A stretch of 64,000 bases of DNA, taken from the NCBI GenBank assembly GCA_963810095.1, contig CAWEMM010000006.1:1152001-1216000 (forward strand), given 5' to 3'. Shown in pieces: positions 22,308-33,585 of this stretch (position 1 is its first letter; the number at the start of each line of letters is the position of its first letter). Below the pieces are notes generated by a model. It was not told where the DNA came from and searched no databases. It saw only the letters and a program-made list of their open reading frames with translations. Origin of the DNA: an uncultured Chloroflexia bacterium (GTDB lineage: Bacteria; Chloroflexota; Anaerolineae; CG2-30-64-16). Both the position numbers and the translations under genes were made by a program.

Positions 22308-22976
22308 TTGCAATCAGTTCGACGGCGGATCACGGAGATTCTGAAAGAGCACGGTTCGGCCACGGTGGCCGAGCTGGCGGGCGAGCTTGAAATGGCTCAG
22401 GTCTCTGTTCGCCATCACCTCGATATCCTGGTGGGCGAGGATCTTGTCGAGCTGACCGGCGTCCGGCGCCGCGATGGTGCGGGGCGTCCTTCGCAGGTTT
22501 ACACGCTGACGACGAACGCGCAGGCGCTCTTTCCACAGCGCAACGCACAGCTCGCCGCCAGCGTGCTCACCGAGCTCAAGGCCGTCCTCTCGCCCGACGA
22601 GGTGACGCAGCTTCTGCTCCGGGTCGCCGAGCGCACGGCTGCCGAGGCTCCGCGGCCGGCAGAAGAACAAAGCCTCGAAGAACGCCTGGACCAGGTCACG
22701 AGCTTTTTAACACAGAAGGGGTACAGTGCGCGCTGGGAAGCCTGCGACGGCTATTTCGAGCTTCACGCATGCAACTGTCCCTACAGCGGCGTAGCCGACC
22801 AGCACCCGGAGCTGTGCATGATGGATCATGCGGTGATTAACCGGCTGCTGCCCGGCGCGGTCCGTTCCGACTGCATCCGGTTGCATTCACACGCGCTTGA
22901 CGGCGCAAACCGCTGCAGTTATGTCCTCAAACCGAGCGACTGGCCTACCGTGCGGCCGCCGGTCGAGGGAGAATAA
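22308..22976 (+). CDS. SufR-like ArsR-type wHTH transcriptional regulator with C-terminal Cys ligands
   Basis: VRHHLDIL...GAGRPSQVY HTH; ACNCPY...PELC...C-terminal Cys pattern; TTG start. Confidence 0.8.
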   Translation: MQSVRRRITEILKEHGSATVAELAGELEMAQVSVRHHLDILVGEDLVELTGVRRRDGAGRPSQVYTLTTNAQALFPQRNAQLAASVLTELKAVLSPDEVTQLLLRVAERTAAEAPRPAEEQSLEERLDQVTSFLTQKGYSARWEACDGYFELHACNCPYSGVADQHPELCMMDHAVINRLLPGAVRSDCIRLHSHALDGANRCSYVLKPSDWPTVRPPVEGE

Positions 22977-22994
22977 AAGGTCGATCCAAAGGCG

Positions 22995-24026
22995 ATGACC
23001 GAATTTTTCGCTCCAGAGATACGAATTTACGACGGCCCGGGCAAGGTTATGATCGACAGCTACGGCCGCCACTTGCACTATCTCAGGGTCTCCTTGACCG
23101 ATGCCTGTAATCTGCGCTGCGTGTATTGCATGCCGGAGGACATCCGCTTCCGGCCGTTCGCCACGTTGATGCAGGACGACGAGATTCTGACCCTGGTGCG
23201 CGTCGCGGCGAGCCTTGGCGTAGACAAGATCCGGCTGACCGGCGGGGAACCGACCATCCGTCACGGCGTCGTAGACCTGGTGCGGGCGATCAAGGGCCTT
23301 CCCGGCATCGAGCGGGTGGTGATGACCACGAACGGCGTCAAGCTGGACGAGTTGGCCGAGCCGCTGGCGCAGGCGGGCCTGGCACAGGTCAACATCAGCA
23401 TCGACTCGCTGGACCCGGAGAAGTTCCGCCGCATTACCCGGCGGGGTGACCTGGACGACGTCTGGCGCGGCATCGCCGCGGCCGAGGCAGCCGGCCTCCT
23501 GCCGATCAAGCTCAACTGCGTCGTGACGCGCGGCTTTAACGACGACGAGGTGGTGGAGCTGGCACGGTTGTCGCTGCGTAACGATTGGGAAGTCCGCTTC
23601 ATCGAGTTGATGCCGCTGGGCAGCGTCGCAGACTTCCAGGAGCACCAGGTTGTGCCGTCGGGCGAGACGAAAGCCCGCATCGAAGCGGCGCTTGGCCCGC
23701 TCGAGGTAGTGCCGGGTCACAACGGCCACGATCCCGCGCACTCGTATCGCCTGCCCGGTGCGACCGGCCGGCTCGGCTTCATCAGCAGCGTGAGCGAGCC
23801 GTTCTGTGCCGGGTGTGACCGCCTCCGCCTGACCGCGGACGGCAAGCTACGGCTTTGCCTGCTGCGCGACGACGAGGTCGATTTGCTGACACCGCTGCGC
23901 GCCGGCGCAGATTTCGATACCCTGCGTCAACTGATGGCCGACGGCGCCTACCATAAACCGTGGGGCCACCGGCTCGAACAGCACGACATCGCCACATCCC
24001 GCGAGATGAGCCAGATCGGCGGGTAA
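22995..24026 (+). CDS. moaA: GTP 3',8-cyclase MoaA
   Basis: YLRVSLTDACNLRCVYCM, RLTGGEP, FCAGCDRLRLTADG...CL, C-terminal MSQIGG. Confidence 0.97.
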   Translation: MTEFFAPEIRIYDGPGKVMIDSYGRHLHYLRVSLTDACNLRCVYCMPEDIRFRPFATLMQDDEILTLVRVAASLGVDKIRLTGGEPTIRHGVVDLVRAIKGLPGIERVVMTTNGVKLDELAEPLAQAGLAQVNISIDSLDPEKFRRITRRGDLDDVWRGIAAAEAAGLLPIKLNCVVTRGFNDDEVVELARLSLRNDWEVRFIELMPLGSVADFQEHQVVPSGETKARIEAALGPLEVVPGHNGHDPAHSYRLPGATGRLGFISSVSEPFCAGCDRLRLTADGKLRLCLLRDDEVDLLTPLRAGADFDTLRQLMADGAYHKPWGHRLEQHDIATSREMSQIGG

Positions 24027-24123
24027 GTTACTTGTGTCTTTCCGTGCTGTGGTTTGGCGGCCTGGGCCGCCAAACCACAGCACGGAAGAAATGCGCATTA
24101 ATCCGAGTTTGAGGGAGGATCTC

Positions 24124-24534
24124 ATGTCGGTTGAAGTTGAAACAATCGAGACCATGGAAGCGACCGAGGTCATTAACCTGACCGAGGCCGCGGCCGAGAA
24201 GCTAGATGGAATCATGCGGGAAAAGGGCGTCCGCGAGACGCATGCCCTGCGTGTGTTTGTTAGCGGCGGCGGCTGCAGCGGGCTGCAGTACGGGATGACC
24301 TTCGACCCGGCCCCGCGCGAAATCGACACCGTGGTAACGCAGCACGGCATGCGCGTCGTCATCGACCCGCAGAGCCTGCAGTACATGGGCGGCAGCACGA
24401 TCGACTACGTCGACAGCCTGATGGGCGGCGGTTTCCACATCGAGAACCCGAACGCCGTGTCGGCTTGCGGTTGCGGCCAGTCCTTCAAGACTAAGGACCA
24501 GGCCGGTTCGGGCGGCTGCTCGAGCTGCCACTAA
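24124..24534 (+). CDS. A-type iron-sulfur carrier (IscA/ErpA/HesB family)
   Basis: GGGCSGLQY, NPNA..CGCGQSF; C-terminal GGCSSCH tail. Confidence 0.95.
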   Translation: MSVEVETIETMEATEVINLTEAAAEKLDGIMREKGVRETHALRVFVSGGGCSGLQYGMTFDPAPREIDTVVTQHGMRVVIDPQSLQYMGGSTIDYVDSLMGGGFHIENPNAVSACGCGQSFKTKDQAGSGGCSSCH

Positions 24535-24545
24535 TCTCTGACCTT

Positions 24546-24595
24546 AACAAACCGGGTTTCTCCAAGCGACAAGGTCGCACGAAACCCGGTTTGTT
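24546..24595 (+). terminator. Hairpin/terminator after iscA (AAACCGGGTTTC family)
   Basis: AACAAACCGGGTTTC...GAAACCCGGTTTGTT 15-bp stem. Confidence 0.65.
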
Positions 24596-24615
24596 TGCGC
24601 TAAGCAGCATCGCCT

Positions 24616-26073
24616 ATGAAGCCCGTCACCCGCGCCGATATCCGCCAGGTCGGTGCTAACCTGTACCAGATTCCCCAGGACTTTCGGCCCGACATGCGCG
24701 TTCCGGCGCACTTTTACGCCGACGAGGGGTTTCTATCGGCCGCGCTCGAAGATCGCTCGCTCGAACAGCTGGTCAACACGGCGACGCTGCCGGGGGTGGT
24801 GGGCCAGGCGATGGCCATGCCCGACATTCACCAGGGCTACGGTTTTCCCATCGGCGGTGTCGCCGCCACCTTGCTGCCCCATGGCGTCGTCTCGCCCGGG
24901 GGGGTGGGTTACGACATCAACTGCGGGGTTCGCCTGCTCGCGTCCAACTTGACGAGCGGCGACGTGCGCCCCTACCTGCCCATGCTCGCCGACGCGCTCT
25001 ACCGCCACCTGCCCTCGGGCGTGGGGGTGAAGGGGCACCTGCACACGAACAAGACGGAGCTCGAAGGCATCCTGGCCGACGGCAGCCAGTGGGCCGCCCG
25101 GGAAGGCTATGCCCGTCCCGAAGACGTCGTCCACACGGAGGAACGCGGCCGCATGGCCGGCGCGAACCCGGACAAGGTCAGCAAGGCGGCCAAGGAGCGC
25201 GGACTCGAACAGGTGGGCACGCTCGGCTCGGGCAACCATTTCGCCGAGATCGACGAAGTCACGCAGGTTTTCGACGCCGAGGCTGCCGCAGCTTTCGGAC
25301 TGCGCAAGGGGCAGGTCGTCTTTCAGATTCACTGCGGAAGCCGGGGGCTGGGCCACCAGGTCGCGACCGATTACATCGAGAGCTTCCAGCGTGCGTCGCG
25401 GAAGTACGGCTATGATCTGCCCGACCGCCAGCTAGTGTGCGCGCCCCTGGACTCGCCCGAGGGCGAAGCGTACCTCGCCGCCATGAACGCCGCCGCAAAC
25501 TATGCATGGGCTAATCGCCAGGTGCTGACCTACCATGCGCGCGAAGCTTTCGAGGAAGTGCTTAGGGGCAAGGGCGTAGATGGCGATTTGCGATTGCTGT
25601 ACGACGTAGCCCACAACATGGCCAAGGTCGAGACGCATGCGGTTGGCGGCAAGCAGCAGCAGGTGTGCGTTCACCGCAAGGGCGCGACCCGGGCGTTCGG
25701 CCCCGGTCACCCCGACGTGCCCGAGGATTACCGCCCGCTCGGCCAGCCGGTGTTGGTGCCGGGCAGCATGGGCACCGCATCCTACGTGCTGGTCGGCACG
25801 GCCGGCGCGATGCAGCACACCTTCGGCTCCTGCTGCCACGGCGCCGGCCGCACCCTGAGCCGCGCCGAAGCCAAGCGCCAGGTGCGCGGAGACGCGCTGC
25901 GCGGCGAGCTCGAGCACGAGGGGATCGTCGTGCGTGCGGGCAGCCTCGCGGGGCTGGCCGAAGAAGCGCCCCAGGCGTACAAGAGCATCGACCGGGTGGT
26001 CGCCGTGGTCGAAGCAGCGGGCATTGCCAGAATCGTCGCCCGCGTCGAGCCGCTGGCCGTCATCAAGGGATAA
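24616..26073 (+). CDS. rtcB: RtcB family RNA ligase
   Basis: [54 protein letters not shown]. Confidence 0.96.
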   Translation: MKPVTRADIRQVGANLYQIPQDFRPDMRVPAHFYADEGFLSAALEDRSLEQLVNTATLPGVVGQAMAMPDIHQGYGFPIGGVAATLLPHGVVSPGGVGYDINCGVRLLASNLTSGDVRPYLPMLADALYRHLPSGVGVKGHLHTNKTELEGILADGSQWAAREGYARPEDVVHTEERGRMAGANPDKVSKAAKERGLEQVGTLGSGNHFAEIDEVTQVFDAEAAAAFGLRKGQVVFQIHCGSRGLGHQVATDYIESFQRASRKYGYDLPDRQLVCAPLDSPEGEAYLAAMNAAANYAWANRQVLTYHAREAFEEVLRGKGVDGDLRLLYDVAHNMAKVETHAVGGKQQQVCVHRKGATRAFGPGHPDVPEDYRPLGQPVLVPGSMGTASYVLVGTAGAMQHTFGSCCHGAGRTLSRAEAKRQVRGDALRGELEHEGIVVRAGSLAGLAEEAPQAYKSIDRVVAVVEAAGIARIVARVEPLAVIKG

Positions 26074-26084
26074 TACCGGGAGAA

Positions 26085-26131
26085 ACCATTGAGGTCGCCT
26101 GACCGGTGGTCAGAGTGGCGACCTCAATGGT
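26085..26131. repeat. REP-like hairpin between rtcB and the radical SAM array
   Basis: ACCATTGAGGTCGCC...GGCGACCTCAATGGT 15-bp stem. Confidence 0.7.
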
Positions 26132-26157
26132 CTTGAGAGCCGGTCCAGGAGTGAGCG

Positions 26158-27634
26158 TTGCGAATCCTCTTCGTCGCCCAGGAAATCAGCTATGAGCCGC
26201 AGGGCATCATGTCGATGTCGGCCGTGCTGAAGCAGGGGGGCCATGACGTCGCCCTGACGGTCGCCGACATCGAAGACCCGGTGGCCTATGCGGTCAAGTA
26301 CCAGCCCGACATCGTCGGCTACAGCGTCATGACGGGGTCGCAGCGCGGCTACTTCGACGTGAACCTGAAGATACGCGAGGCTGTGAACCCGCTGCGCCAG
26401 AGCGCCGGCAAGAAGCCCGTCTTCTCCGTTTTCGGCGGCCCGCATCCCACATTCTTCCCCGAGATGGTGACCGAGCCGGGCGTCGATGCGATGTGCGTGG
26501 GCGAGGGCGAAGGCGCCATGCTCGAATTGGCGGACGCGCTGGCCGTGCGCAACGGGACTTATAAGACCGACATCCCGAACTGGTGGTTCAACATCGAGGG
26601 CGAGGTGATCAAGAACGCGCCCCGGCCCTTGATTCACGAGTTGTCCGATCTGCCCCATCCCGATCGCGCGTTGATCTACGACAAGATCCCGCACCTGGGC
26701 GCCGGCAACATCAAGCACTTCATCAGCTCGCGCGGGCTGCCCGTATGCCTGCACGTACTGCTTCAATCATGCGTACTACCAGCTCTACAAGCGGGAGAAG
26801 CGCGGCCAGCAGCGCAGCGTCGACGACGTCATTGCCGAAGTTAAGGCCGTGCGCGCGCGTTGGCCGCTCGAACAGGCCATCTTCATCGACGATCTGTTCG
26901 TCATCTACAACGACTGGCTCGAGGAGTTCGCCGACAAGTGGCCGCGCGAGGTGGGTTTGCCGTTCTTTGCCAATGTCCGTGCGAACCTCCTGGTTAAGGA
27001 CCCGTACAAGGTCGACCTGCTCAAGCGGGCCGGCTGCGGCACCGTCAGCATGGGTATCGAGGCCGCGAATGACCGGGTGCGCGTCGAGCTGCTCAAGCGG
27101 CGCATGACGTGCGAGGAAATCGTCGAGGCAGGCAAGATGGTGCGCGCCGCGGGTATGCACATCACCGCCACCAATATCCTGGGCCTGCCGACGACGACGC
27201 TGGAAGACGACCTGGACACCATGCGGCTGAACAGCCAGGCGCAGATGAGCTACGCCCATGCGTTCCTGTTCCAGCCTTACCCCGGCACCGAGCTCGGCCA
27301 GTTTACGGAAGAGCACGAGCTGATGGCCGGCACACTGGACGACATCGGCGAGGTCGCGTGGGACCACTCGATCCTGGTGTTCCAGGATGAAGACGACAAG
27401 CGGGCGCGCGAGCACCTGCAGCGCCTCTTCGCGCTCGGCGTCGAGTTCCCGCGGCTGGAAGGCCTGATCCGGCGCCTGATCCGCCTGCCGCATAACAAAG
27501 TGGTCGACACGGCTTTCTGGTGGGTGCACAAGCTGCACAAGGGCTACGCCATGCAGCGCCGCGTCCACCCAACGAACGCCAGCCCGGTCGAGCTGTTCAA
27601 GACCGCGCTGCACTTCATGAAGATCAAGAGCTAG
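26158..27634 (+). CDS. B12-binding radical SAM protein 1; frameshift near 26735
   Basis: N-terminal B12 domain (GGPHPT, GEGE); [11 protein letters not shown] after frame correction; MGIEA; PYPGT. Confidence 0.9.
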
Positions 27635-27704
27635 GTCTCTTCGCGTAAGGGCGCGGCCACCGGCACCGGTCGCCGCGCCCCCCAGAGAGACATGGAGGAA
27701 ACCT

Positions 27705-29201
27705 TTGCGAGTCGCACTGATCAACCCGAAATTCCGCCTGCCGATCGACACCCGCACGTCGCCCCATCTCGCCCTCGCGTACCTGGGCGCAGTGTCCGAG
27801 CGCCGCGGGGACGACGTGCGCGTGTACGATGCGGACGTGGAGGACCAGTCGCTGGTCGACTTCCTGCAGGAGTTCAAGCCGCACCTGGCCGGCATCACGA
27901 CGAATACGCCCCAGGTCAAGCAGTCGTGGCGCACGGCCGCTGCGATCAAGGAGGTGCTGGACATCCCGATCGTCCTGGGCGGCCCGCACGTCAGCGTGGT
28001 GTCAGAGGAACTCGACTTCGAGTCGCTGCGCCAGCCCCAGGTAGACCTGGTCGTGCGCGGCGAGGGCGAAGGGCCGTGGATCGAGATCAGCGACATCGTG
28101 GACGCGTTCCTGCGCGACCAGCCAGACTTTTCCGCCAAACGGCTGTTGGACCCCGCGCTCGACCTGTTCCACGACACAAAGGGCGTGAGCTACAAGACCG
28201 CCGACGGCCAGCTCCACCGCAACGCGGACGCCTCCCCGATCGCGGACCTGGACAGCCTGCCCTGGCCGGCCTATCACTTGTTCAAGATGAACAAGTACAC
28301 GAACCTCCAGCCGGCGACGGACGCGATTCCCGGCGAGCGCAGCTTCTCCATTATGACCAGCCGCGGCTGCCCGTATCGCTGCACCTTCTGCTCGCAGAGC
28401 ATCATGCCGATTAAGTGGCGGGCGCGCTCGTACGAGAATGTGATCGAGGAATGGCGGCACCTGGTCAAGGACCTGGGCGCGCTGGAGATCGGCGTCCTGG
28501 ACGACAGCGCAAACATCCGCAAGCAGCGCCTGGTGCAGCTGGCCGACGGCCTCATCGCCGAGAAGCTCAATCACGTGCCGTGGATCTTCGTCAATGGCAT
28601 CCGCGCCAACCTGGCCGACTAGGAGATGCTGTCGAAGCTGAAGCAGGCCGGCCTCAAGCGCACCGCGTTCGGCGTGGAGACCGGCGACGAGCAGATGATC
28701 ATCAAGATCGACAAGCACGTCGACCACGACACGATCCGGCAGGCGTTCAAGAACGCCAAGGCCGCGGGCATCGAGACCATCGGCTTCTTCATCATCGGCC
28801 TGCCCGGCGACACCCGCGAGACCATGCAGAAGACCATCGACTTTGCCATCGAGCTCGACCCCATGATCGCCAACTTCAGCATGATGACGCCCTACCCGGG
28901 CACCATCGTGTACGAACAGGTCAAGCAGAACGGCCGGTTCCTGGTGCAGGACTGGGAGGACTACGTCTTCTTCGATGCCAAGGCCCGCTATGAGATGGGC
29001 GACCTGACCGCCGACCTGATGGAAGAGATGTACCGCAAGGCGTACCGGTCCTTCTACTGGCGGCCAAAGTACGTGGCGCGGGCGATGAGCCGGAAGGACT
29101 TCTGGCTCAAGTTCGGCCGCAATGCGCGCATGGCCTACCGCACCATCGTCCCCCGCAAGGAGAAGAACGAGCTCCGGAAGGCCATGGAGTCGTCGCTATA
29201 G
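27705..29201 (+). CDS. B12-binding radical SAM protein 2; in-frame TAG at 28620-28622
   Basis: LALAYLG, GGPH, GEGE, TSRGCPYRCTFC, FGVETG, PYPGT; ORFs 27705..28622 and 28626..29201 are in the same frame. Confidence 0.9.
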
Positions 29202-29409
29202 AGACTTGCCGGGGCGGGGCACCCAACGAATGCCTCACCCGACGCTAAATAGACAATTTGTCATTCTGACGTTGTCCATTTTGCCAGCAACTTTTCACGT
29301 TCCGGGTCTAGCGTACGCACAGCGGCGAGCAATGCCGGCCACCCGCCTGGGCCGGGATTGCTCGCCTCCGATCTTCTAAAGGGATTGGTGCGGTCACCCT
29401 AAACGCGGG

Positions 29410-29512
29410 CATCCTGAGCGGAGTCCCGCCAATGCGGGACGAAGCCGGAGCGCGCAGTCTCGCATCCTTCGACTTTGCAGCGCGAACAACGGCGCTGCGC
29501 CGCCCGGGATGC
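29410..29512. repeat. CATCCTGAGCG/GCATCCTTCGAC REP-like palindrome
   Basis: Shares motifs with 33522..33542 and 57531..57642. Confidence 0.55.
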
Positions 29513-29534
29513 GTTCGATCTGCCGGAGGAATCT

Positions 29535-31010
29535 ATGCGAGTTGCTCTCGTCGGCCCTAAGTGGCACGAGATGGTTAATTCATATCCGTCCCTTGGGCTG
29601 GGATACCTCGCGGCCATCGCCGAACAGGAAGGTCATAAGGCCGCAGTCTTCGATATGGGCGCTGCGGCCCGAGACGCCGGTCGCCGACGACGTGAAGAGA
29701 TCATCGCCTGGAAGCCCGATGTGATCGCGTTCACCTCGATGACGACCTCCTACCAGCTCGGTGGAGGAGGCAGCGGCCCTGCTCAAGGCCGCACTGCCCG
29801 CGCCCATCATCATCGGCGGCCCGCACGCGACCACTCTGCCCGAACTTACCCTGCAGAACCCGCACATCGACTTCCTCGTCTACGGCGAGGGCGAATACGT
29901 CTTCCGTGACTGGCTGCGCCAGGTGGCAGCCGGCGACACGAACTGGGCCGCCAACAAGGGCCTCTGGTGCAAGGACGCGGACGGCAAGGTCGTGGACGGC
30001 GGCGAGCGCGAGCTCATCCCCGACCTGGACGAGCTGCCTTTCCCCGCCCGGCACCTGTTCGACCTGCCAGAAGTACCCCTTGTACGCGCCCAACGGCGAG
30101 ATGATGATCACCGTGCTGACCAGCCGGGGCTGCCCGTACAAGTGCTCCTTCTGCTTCAAGGGCATCGTCGGCCGCACCTACCGGCAGCGCTCGCCCGAGA
30201 ACATCGTCGCCGAACTGCGTCACCTGATCGACAAGTACGGCGTGCGCAACTTCTACTTCATGGACGACCTCTTCACGATCAACGTGAAGCGGCTCGAAGC
30301 CATCCTGGACTACTTCATCGAGCCAGAACCTGGACGTGCGCTGGCGCTGCCTGGCGCGGGTCGACCGGGTTAGCCCGGAGCTGCTGAAGAAGATGTACCA
30401 GGCGGGCTGCCGGCAGATCCACTTCGGCATCGAATCGGGCAACCCGGAAATCCTGAAGAAGACGGCCAAGCACATCGACCTGAGCCAGGTGCGCCAGGCG
30501 ATCGAGTGGACCGAGGACGCGGGGATCATGAGCAAGGGCTACTTCATGCTCGGCCTGCCCGGCGACAACGAACAGACCATGAACGAGACGATCGAGTTCG
30601 CGGCCAGCCTGCGCCTGAGCGAGGCGATGTTCTCCATCGCGACGCCCATGCCCGGCACCGAGCTGTGGGAAGAGCTGCTGCACAAGAACCCGGACACCGT
30701 CTACAACACGGACTTCACCAAGAGCTACTATTACAACTCGTACACGAGCGAGATCGCGCCCTTTATGAACGTCTCGGACGTCAGCGACGACAAGCTGAGC
30801 AAGATGGCGATCAAGGCGCGCAAGCGCTTCCTCGACAGCAAGGAAAAGCGCAAGTACGTGCGCACTTTCGGCCCAGTCTGGGGCGAGCGGATTTACAAGG
30901 TGGCCCAGGTGGAACCGATCCACAGCGTCGGCCGGTCGGTGCTGAACCTGGGGCTGTTCCCGCGCTTCCGCCAGTTGCAGCCCAAGCGGGAAGTGGAGGC
31001 GTGGGGATAA
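29535..31010 (+). CDS. B12-binding radical SAM protein 3; about 5 frameshifts
   Basis: [41 protein letters not shown] pieced across frames; GGAGG RBS. Confidence 0.88.
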
Positions 31011-31025
31011 ATGGCAGACAACTGA

Positions 31026-32086
31026 ATGGCGCGACAACGAGCGCTCGACGATAGGCTTTCATGGAGCAAGGTCGAGGCGGCGACCCGCTGGCGGCGCAAC
31101 CAGATGCTGCGCCCGGTGAAGTGGCTGGCCTATGAAAGCGGCCAGACCCGGCTCGTGCCGCCGCCCGACCGGCTCTACATCGAGTCGACCAACATCTGCA
31201 ACCTCTCGTGCATCATGTGCCCCACGGGACGCAAGGAGCAGATCCGCAAGAAGGGGTACATGGACTTCGAGCTCTTCAAGAGCATCGTGGACGAGATGGC
31301 GCCGTGGGTGCAGGCGACCACGCTTGCACATCTGGGGCGAGCCGCTGATGCACCCCAAGATGTTCGACATGATCGAGTACTGCCGCGCAAGAAGGGTCTG
31401 CGCAGCGAGATCAGCACGAACGCCACCCTGCTGAACGAGGAGCGCAGCAAGCGCATCCTGGACGCGGGGCTGGGCGCGATCTACCTGTGCCTCGACGGGA
31501 TGCGGCCGGAGACCTACGAGCAGATCCGCGTCAACGCGGACTACGAGAAGACCAACGAGCAACATCCGCGGCTTCATCGAACTCAAGCAGGCCGGCGGCT
31601 ACACGGCGCCCGTTCGTCAACCTCCAGATCATCGAGATGGAGAAGACGATGGGCGAGGTGGACGAGTTCGTCGAGGCGTGGAAGGTGCCCGGCGTCGACC
31701 GGATCAACGTCAAGCCATTCGACTCGTGGGGCGGGCAGATCGAGGACATCAACGCGCTGTCGACCGAGGGCAAGCCGACGCAGAAGCGGTATGCCTGCCC
31801 GAACCTGTGGTACCATACCCACGTCTATTGGGACGGCCGCATCGCCATGTGCGACCGCGACTTCAACCTGGCGTATGACCTGGGGAACGTGCGCAGCGCG
31901 GACGGCGTCGTGAGGGTCCTGGAGAACTGGAACGGGCCGAAGATGCAGGAACTGCGGCGCCGGCACGTCAAGGGCGAGGTCGGCGACGTGTCGCCCTGCA
32001 ACACCTGCACCGAGTGGGCCTGGTGGAAGCCGCAGCCCTTCCGGTCACACGGCAACTACAACGCCAGCAAACTGCAGGGCGAATAG
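31026..32086 (+). CDS. Radical SAM protein with SPASM/twitch domain; about 4 frameshifts
   Basis: IESTNICNLSCIMC, WGEPL, STNATLL, CPNLW...DGRIAMC...PCNTC. Confidence 0.9.
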
Positions 32087-32142
32087 CGCAAGTCGCTGAC
32101 AGAGCCGAGGACAACCGAAGTCGGAGCTGCGGTCGCGAGATC

Positions 32143-33489
32143 ATGAGTATACGCAAGATCATATTGATCCAGCCGGGGCGGGACGGCCGGAAATTCGGGC
32201 GCGCGACGAGCGAGCCCTACACCCTGATGCGCCTCGCATCGCTGGTCCCGCTCGACATTCCCGTCGAAATCTGGGACGAAGACCTGATGCGCCTGCCCAT
32301 CGAGACGCTGGGCAAGGGCGACCTGGTCGGCATCACCGCCAAGACACTGCTGATCGACCGGGCGAAGGTGATGAGCCGCCGCATCCAGGCGCAGGGCGCG
32401 ACCGTGGTCATGGGCGGCACGCACACGACCCTCGTGCCCGGAAGAGGTCGAGGGCTGGGCCGACGCGATCGCGGTGGGCGAAGGCTATCGCACCTGGCCG
32501 CAGATCATCAAGGACTTCGACAACGGGACGCTCCAGCCGCGCTACTGCGATGAGGAATGGGCGCCGCTCGACTCGGGCGTGGCAAACCTCCAGGACCGCG
32601 TGCTGCAAGATGGTGGACGAGCACCGCAACTACTGGACGCCCTACCTGGAGATCACCCGCGGCTGCCCGCGGTCCTGCACCTTCTGCACGGCGATCCGCG
32701 TGTCGGGCCAGAAGATGCGCCTGCGGCCGGTCGAAGAGGTGGTCGAGGAAATCGAGCGGCGCAAGCTGCGCCGCTTCTTCCTGACCGACGACAACTTCGG
32801 GCTGAACTTCCGGCTCTTCCCGGCCTACATGGAAGAGCTCTTCCGCGCGCTGGCGAAGCTGCCGCTGGACGGCTGGACCGCGCAGGCCGAGCAGATGGTG
32901 GCCGAGCACCCGGACCTGCTCGACCTGGCCCGCGAGGCGCACCTGGACAAGTTCTTCATCGGCTTCGAGTCGATCAACCCGGGCAACCGCAAGGAACTGG
33001 GCGGCAAGGCACGCGGCGACGTGGTCAAGTCGCAAGCAGGTGATCGAGACGGTGCAGAAGCACGGCATCGGCGTCGTCGGCTTGTTCGTCTACGGCTTTG
33101 ACAGCGACACGCCCGATATCTTCCCGACCGCCTGGGAGTTCATCAAGAGCAGCGGGCTGGACAGCGTGAGCGCCACGATCCTGACGCCCTATCCGGGCAC
33201 CGCGCAGCGCAAGGAGCTGCTTGGCGCAGGGCCGCATCCTGCCGCACGACACCTGGGAGAAGTACAACACGAACCACGTCACGTACATGCCCGCGCAGAT
33301 GACCGTCGAAGAACTGCAAGACGGGTACGACTGGCTCTGCCGGCGGCTGTACAGCCCCGGCGCAGATCGCGGCGCGAGGGTTGCGCGGCATGGAAGCGGC
33401 ACTGGCCGGACCGGGCGCGGCAGCGCCTGTTCTCCAGCTTCAGCACCGATGTGGGCTATCGCTGGGAGACGGCGCACCGGTTGGATTGA
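32143..33489 (+). CDS. B12-binding radical SAM protein 4 (divergent subtype); about 5 frameshifts
   Basis: GGTH, GEG, EITRGCPRSCTFC, FFLTDDNF, IGFESI, YGFDSD, LTPYPGT. Confidence 0.87.
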
Positions 33490-33585
33490 GGATCTGCCGA
33501 CGCACGACGCGGCTGAAGCAGCATCCTGAGCGAAGTCGAGGTCTTCGTGCCCGGTCTTAGCGTTGCAGCTTAAGGAAGCAGACGT

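Noticed and set aside
28620-28622. Genome-wide amber recoding
   Set aside because: TAG ends htpG, add, the aminotransferase and several radical SAM genes at the expected positions.
29230-29379. 49-aa ORF (MPHPTLNRQF...) as RiPP precursor for the array
   Set aside because: No RBS, atypical codon usage, no leader/core or repeat pattern. It cannot be fully excluded without a conservation check.
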